A DNA stretch of 64,000 bases from a virus (IMGVR_UViG_2718218017_000002:1-64000); one strand, 5' to 3'. Numbered from the stretch's first letter, positions 46,982 to 57,206 are shown. Program-made: numbers and translations. Notes: a model not told the origin generated them from the letters alone.

Positions 46982-47211
46982 TGTTTATGAATGCACAATC
47001 AATTAAAGATTTAATATTGTCACTAACACAGGATATAGAGTTTAGTTATAATAATGTGAATGGTTCAATTATTCCATTAAGTCATGACAATATTTCAATG
47101 TCGTATGGTGACGTTAATAAAGGTTACAATGACGTAGATATACTGTTAACAGATCCATTCTTTAATGGGAAATCTCTAAGTGAGATTATTAAAGAAATAG
47201 AAATTATTTAG
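46978..47211 (+). CDS. probable immunity protein of the MuF toxin
   Basis: Small acidic ORF overlapping the toxin stop; PFFNGKSLSEI ending. Confidence 0.65.
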   Translation: MMFMNAQSIKDLILSLTQDIEFSYNNVNGSIIPLSHDNISMSYGDVNKGYNDVDILLTDPFFNGKSLSEIIKEIEII

Positions 47212-47235
47212 GGAGCACTTACTAAGTAAAAAATA

Positions 47236-47694
47236 GTGAGTGCTTTTATTGTGCTTAAAATTAAGGGAGGGATTGTGTTGAATATACCTGGTAAAATTAA
47301 AATTGGTGGCATGATTTTTTCAGTAGCTTTAATTGATAATCTTATGAGAAATGGTTCAAGTTCGGGAAGAAGCTGTGGGAATTCACAAGAAATACAGATA
47401 GATAAAAGTGCATCACGTCAGTATAAGGAAACTACATTTATACATGAGGTTCTTCACCAAATTAATTTTGTTTACAATATTGGTTTAGAGCATAAACAAA
47501 TTTATGATTTAGAAGCAGGAATTTATGCTTTTATCAAGGATAATCCAAGTGTATTCAATGAGAAATTGACTCAGAGTAATATATGCGCTGATGTAAAAAT
47601 AGATGATGATGTCTTTGTAGATGATTTAGTCGATAAAGCTATTAATAAATTTGCTGCAGAGTTTAGGAAGACACTTCAAGATATGAAAAGATAG
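47236..47694 (+). CDS. HExxH metallopeptidase-like phage protein
   Basis: IPGKIKIGG...TFIHEVLH. Confidence 0.6.
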   Translation: MSAFIVLKIKGGIVLNIPGKIKIGGMIFSVALIDNLMRNGSSSGRSCGNSQEIQIDKSASRQYKETTFIHEVLHQINFVYNIGLEHKQIYDLEAGIYAFIKDNPSVFNEKLTQSNICADVKIDDDVFVDDLVDKAINKFAAEFRKTLQDMKR

Positions 47695-47832
47695 GAGGGA
47701 AAAGAATGCATCATTACATTACAAAGTATGAGTAAAATGGAAAAAGATATGCGGAGGCTTGGATACAAATTAATATATTTAATTTATGTCTATGTACGTG
47801 GAAAAAGAAAATAGAGATATAAAAATAGGTAG

Positions 47833-49317
47833 GTGGTAATAATGTTTCTATACAAACCTATAGGAGAGATAGATAATGAAGTTTATGGAGAAATAGATCC
47901 CATAAATGCAAGCATATCACAAATTAAACCGGGTACTATTTCAGCAGCTCCTGGAGTAGATGTGGATTTAATGAAATCAATGGACAAAGATCCTCTGGAA
48001 GTAGTTGTTGAAATACCTGCTGCTAAAAGTAAAAGGGGCTGGAACTATAAACCCGAAGCCCTGCAGGATATAGTAAACTATGTAAATCAAAATACATTAA
48101 GTGGCTTTTTAGGGCATCAGAAACCAGAAAACTTATCTAATGAATTCAAGACCCCTGTAACACATTGGGTAGGGGCAGAGATGAAAGACAATAAGGCGTA
48201 TTTTAGGGGGATAGTTGATGCATCTGCTCCTGACCTTAAGAGATGGATAAGAACCAAAAGAATTAAGGAGGTCAGTATATTTGGTTATCCAAAAATAAAG
48301 AGGGACAATAAAAATATAAATGTAGTTGGATACAATCCTTTGAGTATTGATTGGACACCACTTCATAGGCCAGGTATGCCCACAAATATAGTAGGTATGG
48401 AGATGGATAATTTAAATGCGAAAGGAGAGCAGCTTGATGGTACCTTTGAACAACTTAAACAGGAGTTAAAGGAATCTGTTAAAAGTGTTTTAAACGTAAA
48501 AGATGGTCAAGACTATGTGTGGGTTAGAAATATCAGATATGATAATAATACTGTTATAGTAGAGCATGAGCAAAGGGATCAACCTACAAAACTTTACAGC
48601 ATACCATTTTCAATAGACAAAGATAATAAAATAGCCCTTGGAGATAAGACGGAAGTTATGGAAAAAAGGATATATGAACCTGTAACTTCGAGTGAAATGG
48701 ATAATAAAGGAGGAAATTTAAACATGGAATTTAAAGAGATTATGGCGAATTTAAATGGATTATTACAGACTGGAAAAGTTACCTATTCCCAGGTACTTGG
48801 GGAGATGGGCCTTACAAAAGAAAAGATAGCCGGAGAAATGGCAGATGTTAAAAGTGCTGTTGATGCTGAAAGTTTACTTGATAAGATTAAAGACAATCTT
48901 AAAATAACTGGTGAGATGGATATAGTAAATACTATTAAGAAGGAAAATGAGACGCTTGAAAAAGTAAAAGAAGCTTTAGGGGTTACTGGAGAAATGGATA
49001 TAGTAGATGCAGCTAAAAAAGCCCATGAAGCTATAGAAAATTCTAAAAAAGCAGAGTTTCAAAAGACTATTGATGATGTTGTCAAAGAAAAAGTTGCAGG
49101 TGAAATGGCTCAGAACCTGGTAAAAAAGATGCTAAAGGTTGAAGATGGAGCTACAAAGGAAGTTATATCAGGTGAGATTGATAATATACTAAAAGATGAT
49201 TTTGTAAAGAGCTTTATATCTGGTGAACATATTGACATGGCACCGGGGATAGGCACTTCAACTGACAATAAAACCGAAACATCAGGTATATTAAAAACAA
49301 GAAGGATATCAATATAA
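47833..49317 (+). CDS. head maturation protease/scaffold protein
   Basis: Upstream of capsid; GFLGHQ, EVSIFG, SIDWTP, helical repeated scaffold-like C-terminus. Confidence 0.65.
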   Translation: MVIMFLYKPIGEIDNEVYGEIDPINASISQIKPGTISAAPGVDVDLMKSMDKDPLEVVVEIPAAKSKRGWNYKPEALQDIVNYVNQNTLSGFLGHQKPENLSNEFKTPVTHWVGAEMKDNKAYFRGIVDASAPDLKRWIRTKRIKEVSIFGYPKIKRDNKNINVVGYNPLSIDWTPLHRPGMPTNIVGMEMDNLNAKGEQLDGTFEQLKQELKESVKSVLNVKDGQDYVWVRNIRYDNNTVIVEHEQRDQPTKLYSIPFSIDKDNKIALGDKTEVMEKRIYEPVTSSEMDNKGGNLNMEFKEIMANLNGLLQTGKVTYSQVLGEMGLTKEKIAGEMADVKSAVDAESLLDKIKDNLKITGEMDIVNTIKKENETLEKVKEALGVTGEMDIVDAAKKAHEAIENSKKAEFQKTIDDVVKEKVAGEMAQNLVKKMLKVEDGATKEVISGEIDNILKDDFVKSFISGEHIDMAPGIGTSTDNKTETSGILKTRRISI

Positions 49318-49332
49318 GGAAGGTGAGTATAA

Positions 49333-49710
49333 ATGGCATTTACAGGACAACCTACACCAAGTACGATAATAAATATATCAAGTGGAAAAATTAGTGATGG
49401 TAAATCGGTCAGACTTACAGCCACTGAGGAAGTTGCACAGGGGAACTTTTATCAGATAGGAGGATTCTTCGGACTTGCCAACCAAGATGCAGCAGTGGGA
49501 GAAGAAGTGGTACTTGCGATTGAACAGGCAGAGTATGAAACAAACCAGATAAAGACTGATGAGGAGTTTGCAGTGGGTACATTAATTTACTTTGATGCTG
49601 CTAGTAAAGTTTTAACTGAAACTGCTGGTACCAATAAAAAAGTTGGGATTATATCGGCTGCCAAAGACAGCAATAATGTAATATGGTTCATATTAGGACC
49701 ACAAGTATAA
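49333..49710 (+). CDS. capsid decoration/cement protein (DUF2190-like)
   Basis: GGFFGLA.QDAA.GE.V.LAI...FAVGTLIYFD. Confidence 0.7.
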   Translation: MAFTGQPTPSTIINISSGKISDGKSVRLTATEEVAQGNFYQIGGFFGLANQDAAVGEEVVLAIEQAEYETNQIKTDEEFAVGTLIYFDAASKVLTETAGTNKKVGIISAAKDSNNVIWFILGPQV

Positions 49711-49725
49711 GGAGGCTTATAAAAC

Positions 49726-50760
49726 ATGGTAAAAATTTATAGTATAGATTCTTTAAGGGAAGCAAAAAAAACACAGACTATAGATACTGTAATACCTTTT
49801 AAATTAAATGGGAAAGAGTATTCAGCACCTAAAAAGATAGTCAATGGTGAGATGGAAACTTATGTTCTCACAAAACCTATAGGGGAAATGCTAAGAAGTA
49901 ACAGCTTGGCACAATATAAGGATTTGTTAAAAAAAGTGGTACTTGACGTTGAACTTGGACGTGAGCAGGTACCACTTTTATATTCTCCTATTTATGATTT
50001 GCTTTCAGATCCAACTATGCCTAAACTTATAGATGCAAAATGGGCTTTAACCGGAACAGTAGTATTTACAGAACACATGGAAGGGGAAGAAGTTAAATTT
50101 GGTTCTCTGCAGGTTGAATATGGGCCAACTGCAAGACTTTTAACTTACACAGCTGGTTTTGAATATACAAAAGAGATGAAGGATTTTAATGATAATTTCT
50201 CTGTGGATATACTGAACAGGTCTATGGGTGAAGCATATAATGCTCTTCTTAACCACATATATCTTTCTCCGATAATCAACTATACTTACAAGACAGCTAA
50301 TAAAACTCCATATCAGGGGTCAACTGATGAGGACGTGTGGGTAAGGTACTATAAAACATTGACCCAGGCTATAATTGATTGTAACAAGGCTAAAAGACCA
50401 GGCACTGTTTTACTTGCATCCAGTATGAATAAAGATAATATTGAAATGGCTCTTAAAGGTGGATACCAGATAAACGGTACTACTTATCCTGCTGTTAGTG
50501 GAATAAGCTCAATAATTTATTATGACGGATGGTCTACTCAAGTTGGAAGAAAGAGCTATTCATATCCAGGAGTAGCTGATGGAAAGTGTTACCTGATAAG
50601 ACCTAAGAGAGGATTCAAGGAACTTTTAAAACAGGATCTTCAAATAGAATCACATGCAGGAGATCTTTCAAGATTAGTGGAACAGCAAATTGTAGGATAT
50701 GCTTACAGAGGTTGTTATGCTGCATTAGATGAAAATGTACAGGAAATAACTTTAGGATAG
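49726..50760 (+). CDS. major capsid protein
   Basis: 344 aa, canonical position between decoration and head-completion genes. Confidence 0.75.
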   Translation: MVKIYSIDSLREAKKTQTIDTVIPFKLNGKEYSAPKKIVNGEMETYVLTKPIGEMLRSNSLAQYKDLLKKVVLDVELGREQVPLLYSPIYDLLSDPTMPKLIDAKWALTGTVVFTEHMEGEEVKFGSLQVEYGPTARLLTYTAGFEYTKEMKDFNDNFSVDILNRSMGEAYNALLNHIYLSPIINYTYKTANKTPYQGSTDEDVWVRYYKTLTQAIIDCNKAKRPGTVLLASSMNKDNIEMALKGGYQINGTTYPAVSGISSIIYYDGWSTQVGRKSYSYPGVADGKCYLIRPKRGFKELLKQDLQIESHAGDLSRLVEQQIVGYAYRGCYAALDENVQEITLG

Positions 50761-50805
50761 GGTTCATTGCTTTTAAATGGGCTCTATTTTCATGGAGGTG
50801 ATATT

Positions 50806-51135
50806 GTGACACCCACTGATAGTTTAAGAACAAAATTAAGAATGGTACTAAATGATAGGGACAGCAAGACGTTCACTGATGATGAACTAGATTCTCTAAT
50901 ATCTGATGCTGATTGTATATATTGTGCTGCCAGTGAAGGATGGATGATGAAAGCTACTATGCAGGAGAGTAATGTAGATAATCCTAATGTATATCAGGTA
51001 GGGCAGGAAAGGTATCAATATTCAACTGTGACTGATATTGCAAATCTATGTTATAAAAATGCAGAGACATATAAAGCTAAATGCGCTGGAAGGTCAAGCT
51101 TTATGATTGGTGCAGATGTGGAGGTAAATTTATGA
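50806..51135 (+). CDS. head-tail connector protein
   Basis: LRMVLND...FTDDELDSLI; synteny. Confidence 0.65.
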   Translation: MTPTDSLRTKLRMVLNDRDSKTFTDDELDSLISDADCIYCAASEGWMMKATMQESNVDNPNVYQVGQERYQYSTVTDIANLCYKNAETYKAKCAGRSSFMIGADVEVNL

Positions 51136-51515
51136 TTACAGCAGAGAGAAGGAAAAGGGATATAAACTGGAGTATAGCTCAGAATCCTACAGAAATATCT
51201 TTTACTAAGGTTGGTAAAAAGCCCGTAAACGGACATTTTGAAGAAGTAACAGAGGATGTAATTCTAACAGTGAGGATATTTCCACAGAAAACTTATGACA
51301 GCAGCATAACAGTTTCTTCAGGTACAATAGGTACGTCTTATAAAAATACAGCTTATGGAATGCTTGCTGACAGTGAGGCAGATTTGAACGTAGATAGTAA
51401 AACTTCCATAGAATTTAACTGTCCTTATGGCCACATGAAAGTAAAAAATGTATACCCTCAGATTATAAAAGGGGAGATATGTGGTTATGATTGCGGCTTG
51501 GAGAAGGTGATGTAA
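51132..51515 (+). CDS. head closure/neck protein
   Basis: Synteny; ATGA overlap. Confidence 0.6.
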   Translation: MITAERRKRDINWSIAQNPTEISFTKVGKKPVNGHFEEVTEDVILTVRIFPQKTYDSSITVSSGTIGTSYKNTAYGMLADSEADLNVDSKTSIEFNCPYGHMKVKNVYPQIIKGEICGYDCGLEKVM

Positions 51516-51925
51516 TGGCTTTTAGCGATAACGTACTAAATTTTATAAATAGAAAAAATGCTATGATGTATTCTTTCTGTGACAATTGGGCAAGGGAATT
51601 AGAAAACCAGGCTAAAGTAAATGCTCCGTGGAAAGATAGATCAGCACATGCAAGGCAGTCACTTCATGGAGATGTGAAAGTTGAAAATAAAGAATATACT
51701 ATTTCTTTAAGTCATGGAGTGGAATATGGGGGAGTGCTTGAAGGGGGTTCAAAACCACATATAATAAGGCCAAAGAATAAGAAAGCCCTATATTGGAAAG
51801 ATGCAGATCACCCTGTTAAACTTGTACATCACCCAGGTACCAAGAAATATGCAACAGTAGGTCCTACTATGGAAAAGAATAAATATAAAATCAAGGATAC
51901 TGCAATTAAATTATGGGAGGATTGA
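51515..51925 (+). CDS. HK97 gp10-like neck protein
   Basis: AKVNAPWKDRSAHARQSL...HGVEYG..LE.G. Confidence 0.7.
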   Translation: MAFSDNVLNFINRKNAMMYSFCDNWARELENQAKVNAPWKDRSAHARQSLHGDVKVENKEYTISLSHGVEYGGVLEGGSKPHIIRPKNKKALYWKDADHPVKLVHHPGTKKYATVGPTMEKNKYKIKDTAIKLWED

Positions 51926-51929
51926 TTAG

Positions 51930-52184
51930 ATGAGTGATGAAAAAAGAATACAAGCACCAAATCATGATGAAAGGTTCCCTGACGTTGAAATAATTTCAGA
52001 TGGTACGTCAGAACAGTGTAAAATTTTTATAGATGGCGTTGATTATACAAAGAAAATATTTATAAAAAGTGTAAAGGCAAATATTGAAGTTGAAAAAGTG
52101 CATACAGTTGCTGTAGAATTTTATGCAGATAATGTAAATATAAAAACTAAAGCAAAGGTAGAAAAACAATGCGTGACGGAATAA
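51930..52184 (+). CDS. hypothetical protein inside the neck module
   Basis: 84-aa ORF overlapping the next gene. Confidence 0.55.
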   Translation: MSDEKRIQAPNHDERFPDVEIISDGTSEQCKIFIDGVDYTKKIFIKSVKANIEVEKVHTVAVEFYADNVNIKTKAKVEKQCVTE

Positions 52185-52996
52185 GGGAGAAGTTGCTAGA
52201 TAGTATTCCAGCACTTAAAGAGTGTTATGAGCCTACTGTTCCTGATAAATCCACAGAAAAGCCTTATGCGGTAATACTTCAAGGGTCTGATGATAAGCAG
52301 AACAATCCTACATCCTATAACAGAGGTATACAAATATGGTTGTACGATAAAAGACTTACGTTTAATACACTGGATAGTTTAATGGATAAGGTTATAGCAG
52401 CATTGGATTTACAGACCATAATTGAAGATACAGGAGAAAGTTATACATGCGTTTTTAATGGCACTGTAGGTGATGATTTTGCAGACGAAGAGTGGGATGC
52501 TATTACAAGAGGACTGAATTTTAATGTCATAGCTCTGCATGAAGAAAATGACTCTTATGTGGATGCATGGGCTGGTGCTGTGGCTGCTTATATAAATAAT
52601 CTTATAAATATTCCGGCGTATCCTTCTGAGTATTGGATAAAAAATTTTGCAGCACCTTCTGTATTATGTAGGATAATTAAAAGTAATTTATCTCCTGCGA
52701 CACTTGGAGCTAACAGGGTTATGAAGACTATAAGATGCCATTTTGTAAGTAAAGATAAAAGTATGGCCAATAAATTAATTGATACTGTAGAGAATCAATT
52801 AATTCAGGACACAAAGATACCTTTAGATATAGAAGATAGAAGGTATTTGACCATAAGCAGCATAAGAGAAGACAGAGAAGCAGATCCATTTACAGTGGGT
52901 CAACTTAGTGTGGATTTTTTTAGATTAGAAAATATTAAGAGAAAAAATATTCCTGTCATGAATAAAATTCAAGGCAGAGGTTCAATGAAGGAGTGA
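52169..52996 (+). CDS. tail terminator/completion protein
   Basis: Synteny upstream of the sheath; two-domain 275-aa ORF. Confidence 0.6.
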   Translation: MRDGIREKLLDSIPALKECYEPTVPDKSTEKPYAVILQGSDDKQNNPTSYNRGIQIWLYDKRLTFNTLDSLMDKVIAALDLQTIIEDTGESYTCVFNGTVGDDFADEEWDAITRGLNFNVIALHEENDSYVDAWAGAVAAYINNLINIPAYPSEYWIKNFAAPSVLCRIIKSNLSPATLGANRVMKTIRCHFVSKDKSMANKLIDTVENQLIQDTKIPLDIEDRRYLTISSIREDREADPFTVGQLSVDFFRLENIKRKNIPVMNKIQGRGSMKE

Positions 52997-53000
52997 TAAT

Positions 53001-53354
53001 ATGGCAGATACTGAAGTTAAAAATAACGATACTGAGAAGGAAACTGTAAATTCAACTGTAAGCTCAGATACTAAGACTTCATCAATTAGTAGCAAAGATT
53101 TAACACCGGTTATATCTGTAAATAATGTTATAGAGGATAGAAGATCGACAATACCATCAACTACGATTAATATAAATATACCTCGTCAGGAAATTAAATA
53201 TTCGGTTGAGGAGTTAATTAAAAACAGTAAAGCACTTACAGGCCATAAAAGAGAAGTGGCAGTGGGTGCTTTATTTGATTGCCAAGAAAAAGAATTAACT
53301 AAAGATGATTTTAAAAAGGCAATAGAGGTATTTCTAAAAAGGAAGGTGAAATAA
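53001..53354 (+). CDS. hypothetical tail-region protein
   Basis: KYSVEELIKNSKAL...AVGAL...FLKRKVK; directly before the sheath. Confidence 0.6.
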   Translation: MADTEVKNNDTEKETVNSTVSSDTKTSSISSKDLTPVISVNNVIEDRRSTIPSTTININIPRQEIKYSVEELIKNSKALTGHKREVAVGALFDCQEKELTKDDFKKAIEVFLKRKVK

Positions 53355-54773
53355 ATGGCAGGGACATGGAGTGAAACAAATAAACAAACCATACCAGGTT
53401 TTTATAACAGGTTCAAATGGATGGCTGAAAACAGGCTGACACAAGGCACTAAGGGAGTTGTGGCTATGCCTGTAAAGTCTGATTGGGGTCCTATGGGAAA
53501 AGTTACTTCTGTAAGTGCAGAACCTGAATTAAAAAAGGCGTTTGGAAACAACAGTACTTTGAGTGCCTATAAACTTGGAAAATTAGTTCTTTTGGGGCAG
53601 CCTTCAGAACTTTTTTTATACAGGATGGGTGATGGAGAAGAGAAGGTTGCAAGTATTACGCTAAAAGATACTGCGGGAACTCCGACAGATGTTATAAAAC
53701 TTGAGACTTTATATTCTACAACTAGGAACTTTAATGTTTCAGTAAAGCCTGATATTGCAGATGAAACCTTAACAGATGTAACTTTATATGAAGGAACTGG
53801 ACAGTTATATACATTCAAGGTATCTGGAACAATACAGGAAATGGTTGAATCAATAAATAACAATGAAGAGAATCTGTGGCTTAAAGCTACTAAAATTGCA
53901 GATGGCAACGATACTTTGGCAAGCATAGTAAACCAACCACTGGAAGGTGGAAGTAATGGAACTGAAAATATAACAAATGAAAACTATGTGGATGCTATGG
54001 CAGCTTTTGAACAATACAAGATAAATGTATTTACATTGGATGGTATAGCAGATACTGCTCTCCAGACAACTGTACAGGCATGGATAGACAGAAATAAAGC
54101 TGTAGGCTATGACGTTATAGGTTGCTTCGGTGGTTTGTCAAGTACATCTATTGATGCTGCGAATACACAATCAAAGGCATTTAATAATGAATGCGTAGTA
54201 AATGTAGGTAATGGAGGTATTTATGAGGGCATAACTTATACTCCTGGTGAAAGCGCATGTTATGTAGCAGGAATAATTGCAGCCGCAACTATGAAGGAAA
54301 GTATCTGCAATAAAGAAACTATCTTTTCAGATGTATCCCCAAAACTAACCAGGGAACAGATAGAACAATGCTTAAATGCAGGTACTTTGATATTTGCAGG
54401 AGATGGTATTGCTACAAATGCCATAGTGGTTGATGATGTGAACACATTAAAATCCTATGGAGAAGACCAGAGCGAGTCTCTTGGCTACATTAGGGCTGTA
54501 AGATTCATGCACACAGTAAATGCAGATACGACTATTACAAAGAGAGACTATATAGGAAAAATTCCTAATGGGGATTTGGGGCAGAAAGTTGTTTTATCGG
54601 CTCTAAAACAGTATTTTGAAACATTGCAAGGTGATGGTGTAATAGGAGACTTTACTGTGGAGGTTGACGCTGACCTGCAGGCCAATGCAAAAGATGATGA
54701 GTTCTACTGGAAATGGGCTGCAGACTATATAAATGTAATGAAAAAGATATACGGAACTGGCTATATAAGTTAG
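53355..54773 (+). CDS. xkdK: contractile tail sheath protein (XkdK-like)
   Basis: MAGTWSE...IPGFYNRF, GVVAMPVKSDWGP, DDVNTL, KIPN.D.G. Confidence 0.9.
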   Translation: MAGTWSETNKQTIPGFYNRFKWMAENRLTQGTKGVVAMPVKSDWGPMGKVTSVSAEPELKKAFGNNSTLSAYKLGKLVLLGQPSELFLYRMGDGEEKVASITLKDTAGTPTDVIKLETLYSTTRNFNVSVKPDIADETLTDVTLYEGTGQLYTFKVSGTIQEMVESINNNEENLWLKATKIADGNDTLASIVNQPLEGGSNGTENITNENYVDAMAAFEQYKINVFTLDGIADTALQTTVQAWIDRNKAVGYDVIGCFGGLSSTSIDAANTQSKAFNNECVVNVGNGGIYEGITYTPGESACYVAGIIAAATMKESICNKETIFSDVSPKLTREQIEQCLNAGTLIFAGDGIATNAIVVDDVNTLKSYGEDQSESLGYIRAVRFMHTVNADTTITKRDYIGKIPNGDLGQKVVLSALKQYFETLQGDGVIGDFTVEVDADLQANAKDDEFYWKWAADYINVMKKIYGTGYIS

Positions 54774-54791
54774 GAATAGGAGGGATAAAAT

Positions 54792-55208
54792 ATGGATGAT
54801 GTATTAGAACCAGGAAGACCGATACATGGGCGTTTTGGAGAAGTGTTAGTTGATGGTACCAAGCAAACCTATCTACAGGAATGTACAGCAGATGTGGAAA
54901 TAGATGTTAAAGAACTTAATCTTTTGGGATCAGATTGGACTCAATATAAGGCAGGTACAAAAAAGGGCTCAGGCAATATGAAAGGATTTAAAGTAACCTC
55001 TGCCATGATAAAAAGAGGGTTTAAAAGGTTTGAAATAATAACTAAACTTGATGACCCGGAAGCCTATGGGTATGAATCCATAAGGTTAAAGAATTGCATG
55101 GCTACAAAGCTGCAGTTAGTAAATTTAAAAGCAGGGGACCTTGTAGAAGAGGAAACACCTTTCAATTTCATTGGTTTTGATCTTCTGGATGCAATAGAAG
55201 CTGAGTAG
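54792..55208 (+). CDS. xkdM: tail tube protein (XkdM-like)
   Basis: IHGRFGEV, GSGNMKGFKVTS, KLDDPEAYG.E.I.L, EEETPF.F. Confidence 0.9.
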   Translation: MDDVLEPGRPIHGRFGEVLVDGTKQTYLQECTADVEIDVKELNLLGSDWTQYKAGTKKGSGNMKGFKVTSAMIKRGFKRFEIITKLDDPEAYGYESIRLKNCMATKLQLVNLKAGDLVEEETPFNFIGFDLLDAIEAE

Positions 55209-55229
55209 ATAAAAAATAAGCAAGTTCAG

Positions 55230-55361
55230 GTATATATTAATATCCCTTGACACGCATAAACAACACGCTGGTGGCTAAATAAAATAGCTGAAGAAAATAA
55301 AATTAACTTTTCATAGGTATTACAATCAGCCATTAAAGAAAGGCTTAATATTAGAAATTAA
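55230..55361 (+). pseudogene. hicB antitoxin C-terminal relic
   Basis: WLNKIAEENKINFS*VLQSAIKERLNI with internal TAG and a truncated 5' part. Confidence 0.65.
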
Positions 55362-55442
55362 TAGTTAATAATTTTAAAAGAATCGCTTAAATGTGGTTCT
55401 TTTCTTATGTTTTAAAATAATTATTTAGGAGGAATTTAAGAA

Positions 55443-55898
55443 ATGGATATAGAAAAAATGCAAAACATGAGTGAAGATGATGTTATAGATGCTCTTTTAG
55501 GTGAAATAGAGGTACCTACAAGGACAGTTGTTATACAGAGGCTTGGAATACCAATAAAATTAAAGGCTCTAACAGGCAAGCAGATAAGTAAAATAAGAAA
55601 GGACAATACACATTCAGAAAAGGTAAAAGGCTCTAAGCTTGAAAAAGATGTATTTGATGATGAAAATTTCAATGCGGAGACAATTGAAAAGGCTACAGTG
55701 TCACCTAATTGGAATAATGAGAAACTAAAAGCTGCATTAAAAGTCAGCAATGGAAAAGAAGTTATAAAAAGGCGATTACTTGCAGGAGAAATGGATGATT
55801 TAATAAACAAGATCTTTGATTTAAGTGGATATAATGATGAAGCTGAGGATATAGAAGAGATAAAAAACTCATTAGAACCAGATACAGACTCTATTTAA
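55443..55898 (+). CDS. xkdN: tail assembly chaperone (XkdN-like)
   Basis: IKLKALT, ATVSPNW, LLAGE...LSGY; between tube and tape measure. Confidence 0.85.
   Translation: MDIEKMQNMSEDDVIDALLGEIEVPTRTVVIQRLGIPIKLKALTGKQISKIRKDNTHSEKVKGSKLEKDVFDDENFNAETIEKATVSPNWNNEKLKAALKVSNGKEVIKRRLLAGEMDDLINKIFDLSGYNDEAEDIEEIKNSLEPDTDSI
55862..55868 (+). other. -1 ribosomal frameshift site of the tail chaperone
   Basis: A-AAA-AAC; the -1 frame is open from here to TAG at 56029. Confidence 0.65.
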
Positions 55899-56029
55899 TG
55901 AATTTCTTATGGGTAAGACATAACTTGAAATTTAGAGAATTTCGTAATATGTCTGAATACGAGCAAAAACTGTATCTGGCCAGTGCTGAACTTGAAATAG
56001 AAGCAGAAAATAAGCTTACAAAGAAGTAG
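55898..56029 (+). CDS. frameshift extension of the tail chaperone (gpGT-like)
   Basis: MNFLWVRHNLKFREFRNMSEYEQKLYLAS...; in frame with the slippery site. Confidence 0.6.
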   Translation: MNFLWVRHNLKFREFRNMSEYEQKLYLASAELEIEAENKLTKK

Positions 56030-56188
56030 TATAATTAAGGTTCTTTTAGGTGGAATATTGATACATGTATATCAAAAATACATTTTAATAGAAATTCCCC
56101 CATAAATCTTGTATTATGGAATAGGTTGGACAAAATATATACAATTTGTTACAATATTGTTGATAAAGTATGAATTAAGGGGGAGATT

Positions 56189-57028
56189 ATGTTGAAAAAA
56201 TTACTTTCTAAATTAGCAATAATGTCAATAGTAATTTTATCAGTTGGATTTGTGGGGTGTGCACCTAAAGGAGATCCTGCTCAAGTTTTGAATAGTTATT
56301 ATGACAATATTAAAAATGGAGATGCAGAAGCAGCTTATGATACCTTGGCAGAGGCAAGTAAAAAGAATTTTCAAAAAGAAGATTTTATTAAATGGATTAA
56401 AACCCAAAGTGAAACTTATACTTTTAAAGGTGCAAAAGTAGATAAAGGTAATGAGTACAAAAATAAAAAATTAGATAACGTTACTTATGAAAATGCTGTT
56501 GAATTTAATGTAGCTGATAGTAGCCATGATAATTATAATAATAAGGATACGTCAGTAAATTATAAAAGATATGTTGTTAATGACAATGGTGAATGGAAAG
56601 TATATCGGGAAAAAGAAAACGGAAAAGATGTGTTAACAGATTCTATGAACGATTTAGCTTGGATGTATATTGAAGGGAAAGGAAAAGATAAAGACTTGAA
56701 TCAAGGAGCAACAATCCTAAATGAAGCGATTAAAATATCTCCTAGTTATAATGAAAGTTATTATGCTTTATCATATGTTTATTCACATTTAGAAAGATAT
56801 GATGAATCAATTAGTGCTGCAAATAAATATATAGAAAATACTAAAACTAATGAAGAAAAATCAAATGCATATAATATATTGGGGTTAGGCTATGAAGGTA
56901 AAAAAGATTATGAAAATGCCAAGAAGTATTTTAATCAAGCTATACAATTAGATTCTAACAATCAATATGCTAAGACTAATTTACAGCAATTAGAACAGTT
57001 GGAACAGCTAAGTAGTGTATTTGATTAA
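56189..57028 (+). CDS. lipoprotein with NTF2-like domain and TPR repeats
   Basis: Basic/hydrophobic signal and lipobox FVG-C; AYNILGLGYEGKKDYENAKKYFNQAIQLD TPRs. Confidence 0.75.
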   Translation: MLKKLLSKLAIMSIVILSVGFVGCAPKGDPAQVLNSYYDNIKNGDAEAAYDTLAEASKKNFQKEDFIKWIKTQSETYTFKGAKVDKGNEYKNKKLDNVTYENAVEFNVADSSHDNYNNKDTSVNYKRYVVNDNGEWKVYREKENGKDVLTDSMNDLAWMYIEGKGKDKDLNQGATILNEAIKISPSYNESYYALSYVYSHLERYDESISAANKYIENTKTNEEKSNAYNILGLGYEGKKDYENAKKYFNQAIQLDSNNQYAKTNLQQLEQLEQLSSVFD

Positions 57029-57127
57029 GAATATACAGTAATAGTAAGAAAAAGAATCACTCATGTGGTTCTTTTTTATATTGTTCAAAAATGATAAAAA
57101 ACACCTTTTGGGGCGTTTTTTATTTTA

Positions 57128-57206
57128 GAGGTTATGGCATGTCGCGAGATATCCCCTCTAACCTTCCAGGAGAGAAGCATGACCGGGTATGTTCCGGTCG
57201 CTCCTG
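57128..57206 (+). ncRNA. structured leader upstream of the Rha gene
   Basis: AUGUC-GCGA-GAUAU hairpin inside AGAGG/CCUCU; GACCGG/CCGGUC hairpin inside CAGGAG/CUCCUG. Confidence 0.35.
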
